Origin: Takakia lepidozioides
Taxonomy: Eukaryota; Plantae; Bryophyta
DNA: 64,000 bases
Reading direction: 5' to 3'
Assembly (NCBI GenBank): GCA_030704615.1
Contig: CM060731.1
Coordinates: forward strand, 47,864,001-47,928,000
Below the pieces are notes generated by a model. The model did no database searches and was not told the origin of the DNA. It was given only the letters and a program-made list of their open reading frames with translations. A program made the position numbers and the translations under genes. This document shows, piece after piece, positions 63,130 through 64,000 of the stretch (its first letter is position 1; each line of letters opens with the position of its first letter).

Positions 63130-63925
63130 GTGGAATATTTTACGTTTTGTGAGGCATATTCACAAATTGGGGGCATAACTTTATGCCAACAAATGAGAAT
63201 GGAATCTAAGAGGGCTTCCTCACATGCCTAGTAAAGCCCCCCACCTACTGCAGCCTTGAGTTTGCACCAAAAACATCTCAAAGTCTGATTTGTATGATGC
63301 TAAGAGTCAATTTCTAGGTTTGGAACACATCTTCACAAATTGGGCCATACAAATGGGAATGGCATGTGGGAGGGCTTTACACATCGGTAGTGAGGGCCCC
63401 CACCTATTGCAGCCCTCAATTTGCACCAAAAACATCATGAAGATTGAATTCTATGATGCTAAGACTCATTTTCTAGGTTTTGGAACAGATATTCACAAAT
63501 TAGGGCATATCTTCATGCCAACAAATGAGAATGGCCTGTGGGAGGGCTCTATACATTGGTAGTGAGGCCCCCCACCTACTGCAGCCCTTAGTTTTTACCA
63601 AAAACATCTCAAACGTGGAATTGTATGATGCTAAGATTCATTTTCTAAGTTTTGGAAGACATGTTCACAAATTGGGCCATATCTTCATGCCAACAAATGA
63701 GAATGGAATGTGAGAGGGCTCCATACATTTCCAGTGAAGCCCCCCATGTATTGCAGCTCTGAATTCTCACAAAGAATGTCAAATATATGGAATGATATGA
63801 TGCTAAGTTGACACATTGTGGTTTTGGAAGACATACTCACAAACTGGGGCATATGTTGATGCCAAAAAATGAGAATGGCATTGGGGAGGGCTCCACACAT
63901 TTCTAGTGTGGCCCCCCACCTATCA
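63130..63925. repeat. Diverged ~172-bp tandem repeat, ~5 copies
   Basis: cacaaattggg..aatgagaatgg..gagggct..gccccccacct recurs at ~63161, 63334, 63494, 63666 and 63838. Confidence 0.85.
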
Positions 63926-64000
63926 AGTCACACCATAAGCAAAACTAACCAATGGGTGCGACGGTAGGGCTGTCTGAGTGCCAATATGAATGAAAACACA

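Overview
Eukaryotic, intron-containing plant genomic DNA, probably a non-seed land plant (inferred from the gene and TE repertoire). Four host genes are present: the 3' part of a BTB/POZ At3g05675-like gene, a DUF7054-like gene, a P-class PPR gene and an ARFC1/ARL5-type small GTPase. They sit among deeply nested transposable elements. The main discovery is a ~14.2-kb Mutator-like element (25144-~39335) with matching terminal motif arrays and a 9-12 bp target duplication. On the + strand it carries a GCM-DDE-SWIM transposase with one nonsense codon. Divergently, it carries an apparently intact 8-exon, 972-aa gene joining a ParB/Srx-like N-terminus to a bacterial-type beta-class DNA N4C/N6A methyltransferase domain. 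Between the two genes lies a ~4.1-kb array of ~36 116-bp monomers, each containing a 40-bp palindrome. Other elements are: a CRE-like RLE retrotransposon split by a CACTA-ended Pack-type element with a 4-bp TSD and captured PPR fragments; a decayed Dualen/RandI-like LINE (2A-like motif, APE, RT, chromodomain, possible MTase relic, RNase H, RLE); two PIF/Harbinger halves that may be one element split by an inversion; and several MITE-like and tandem repeats. All domain calls are by-eye motif recognition; no searches were run.
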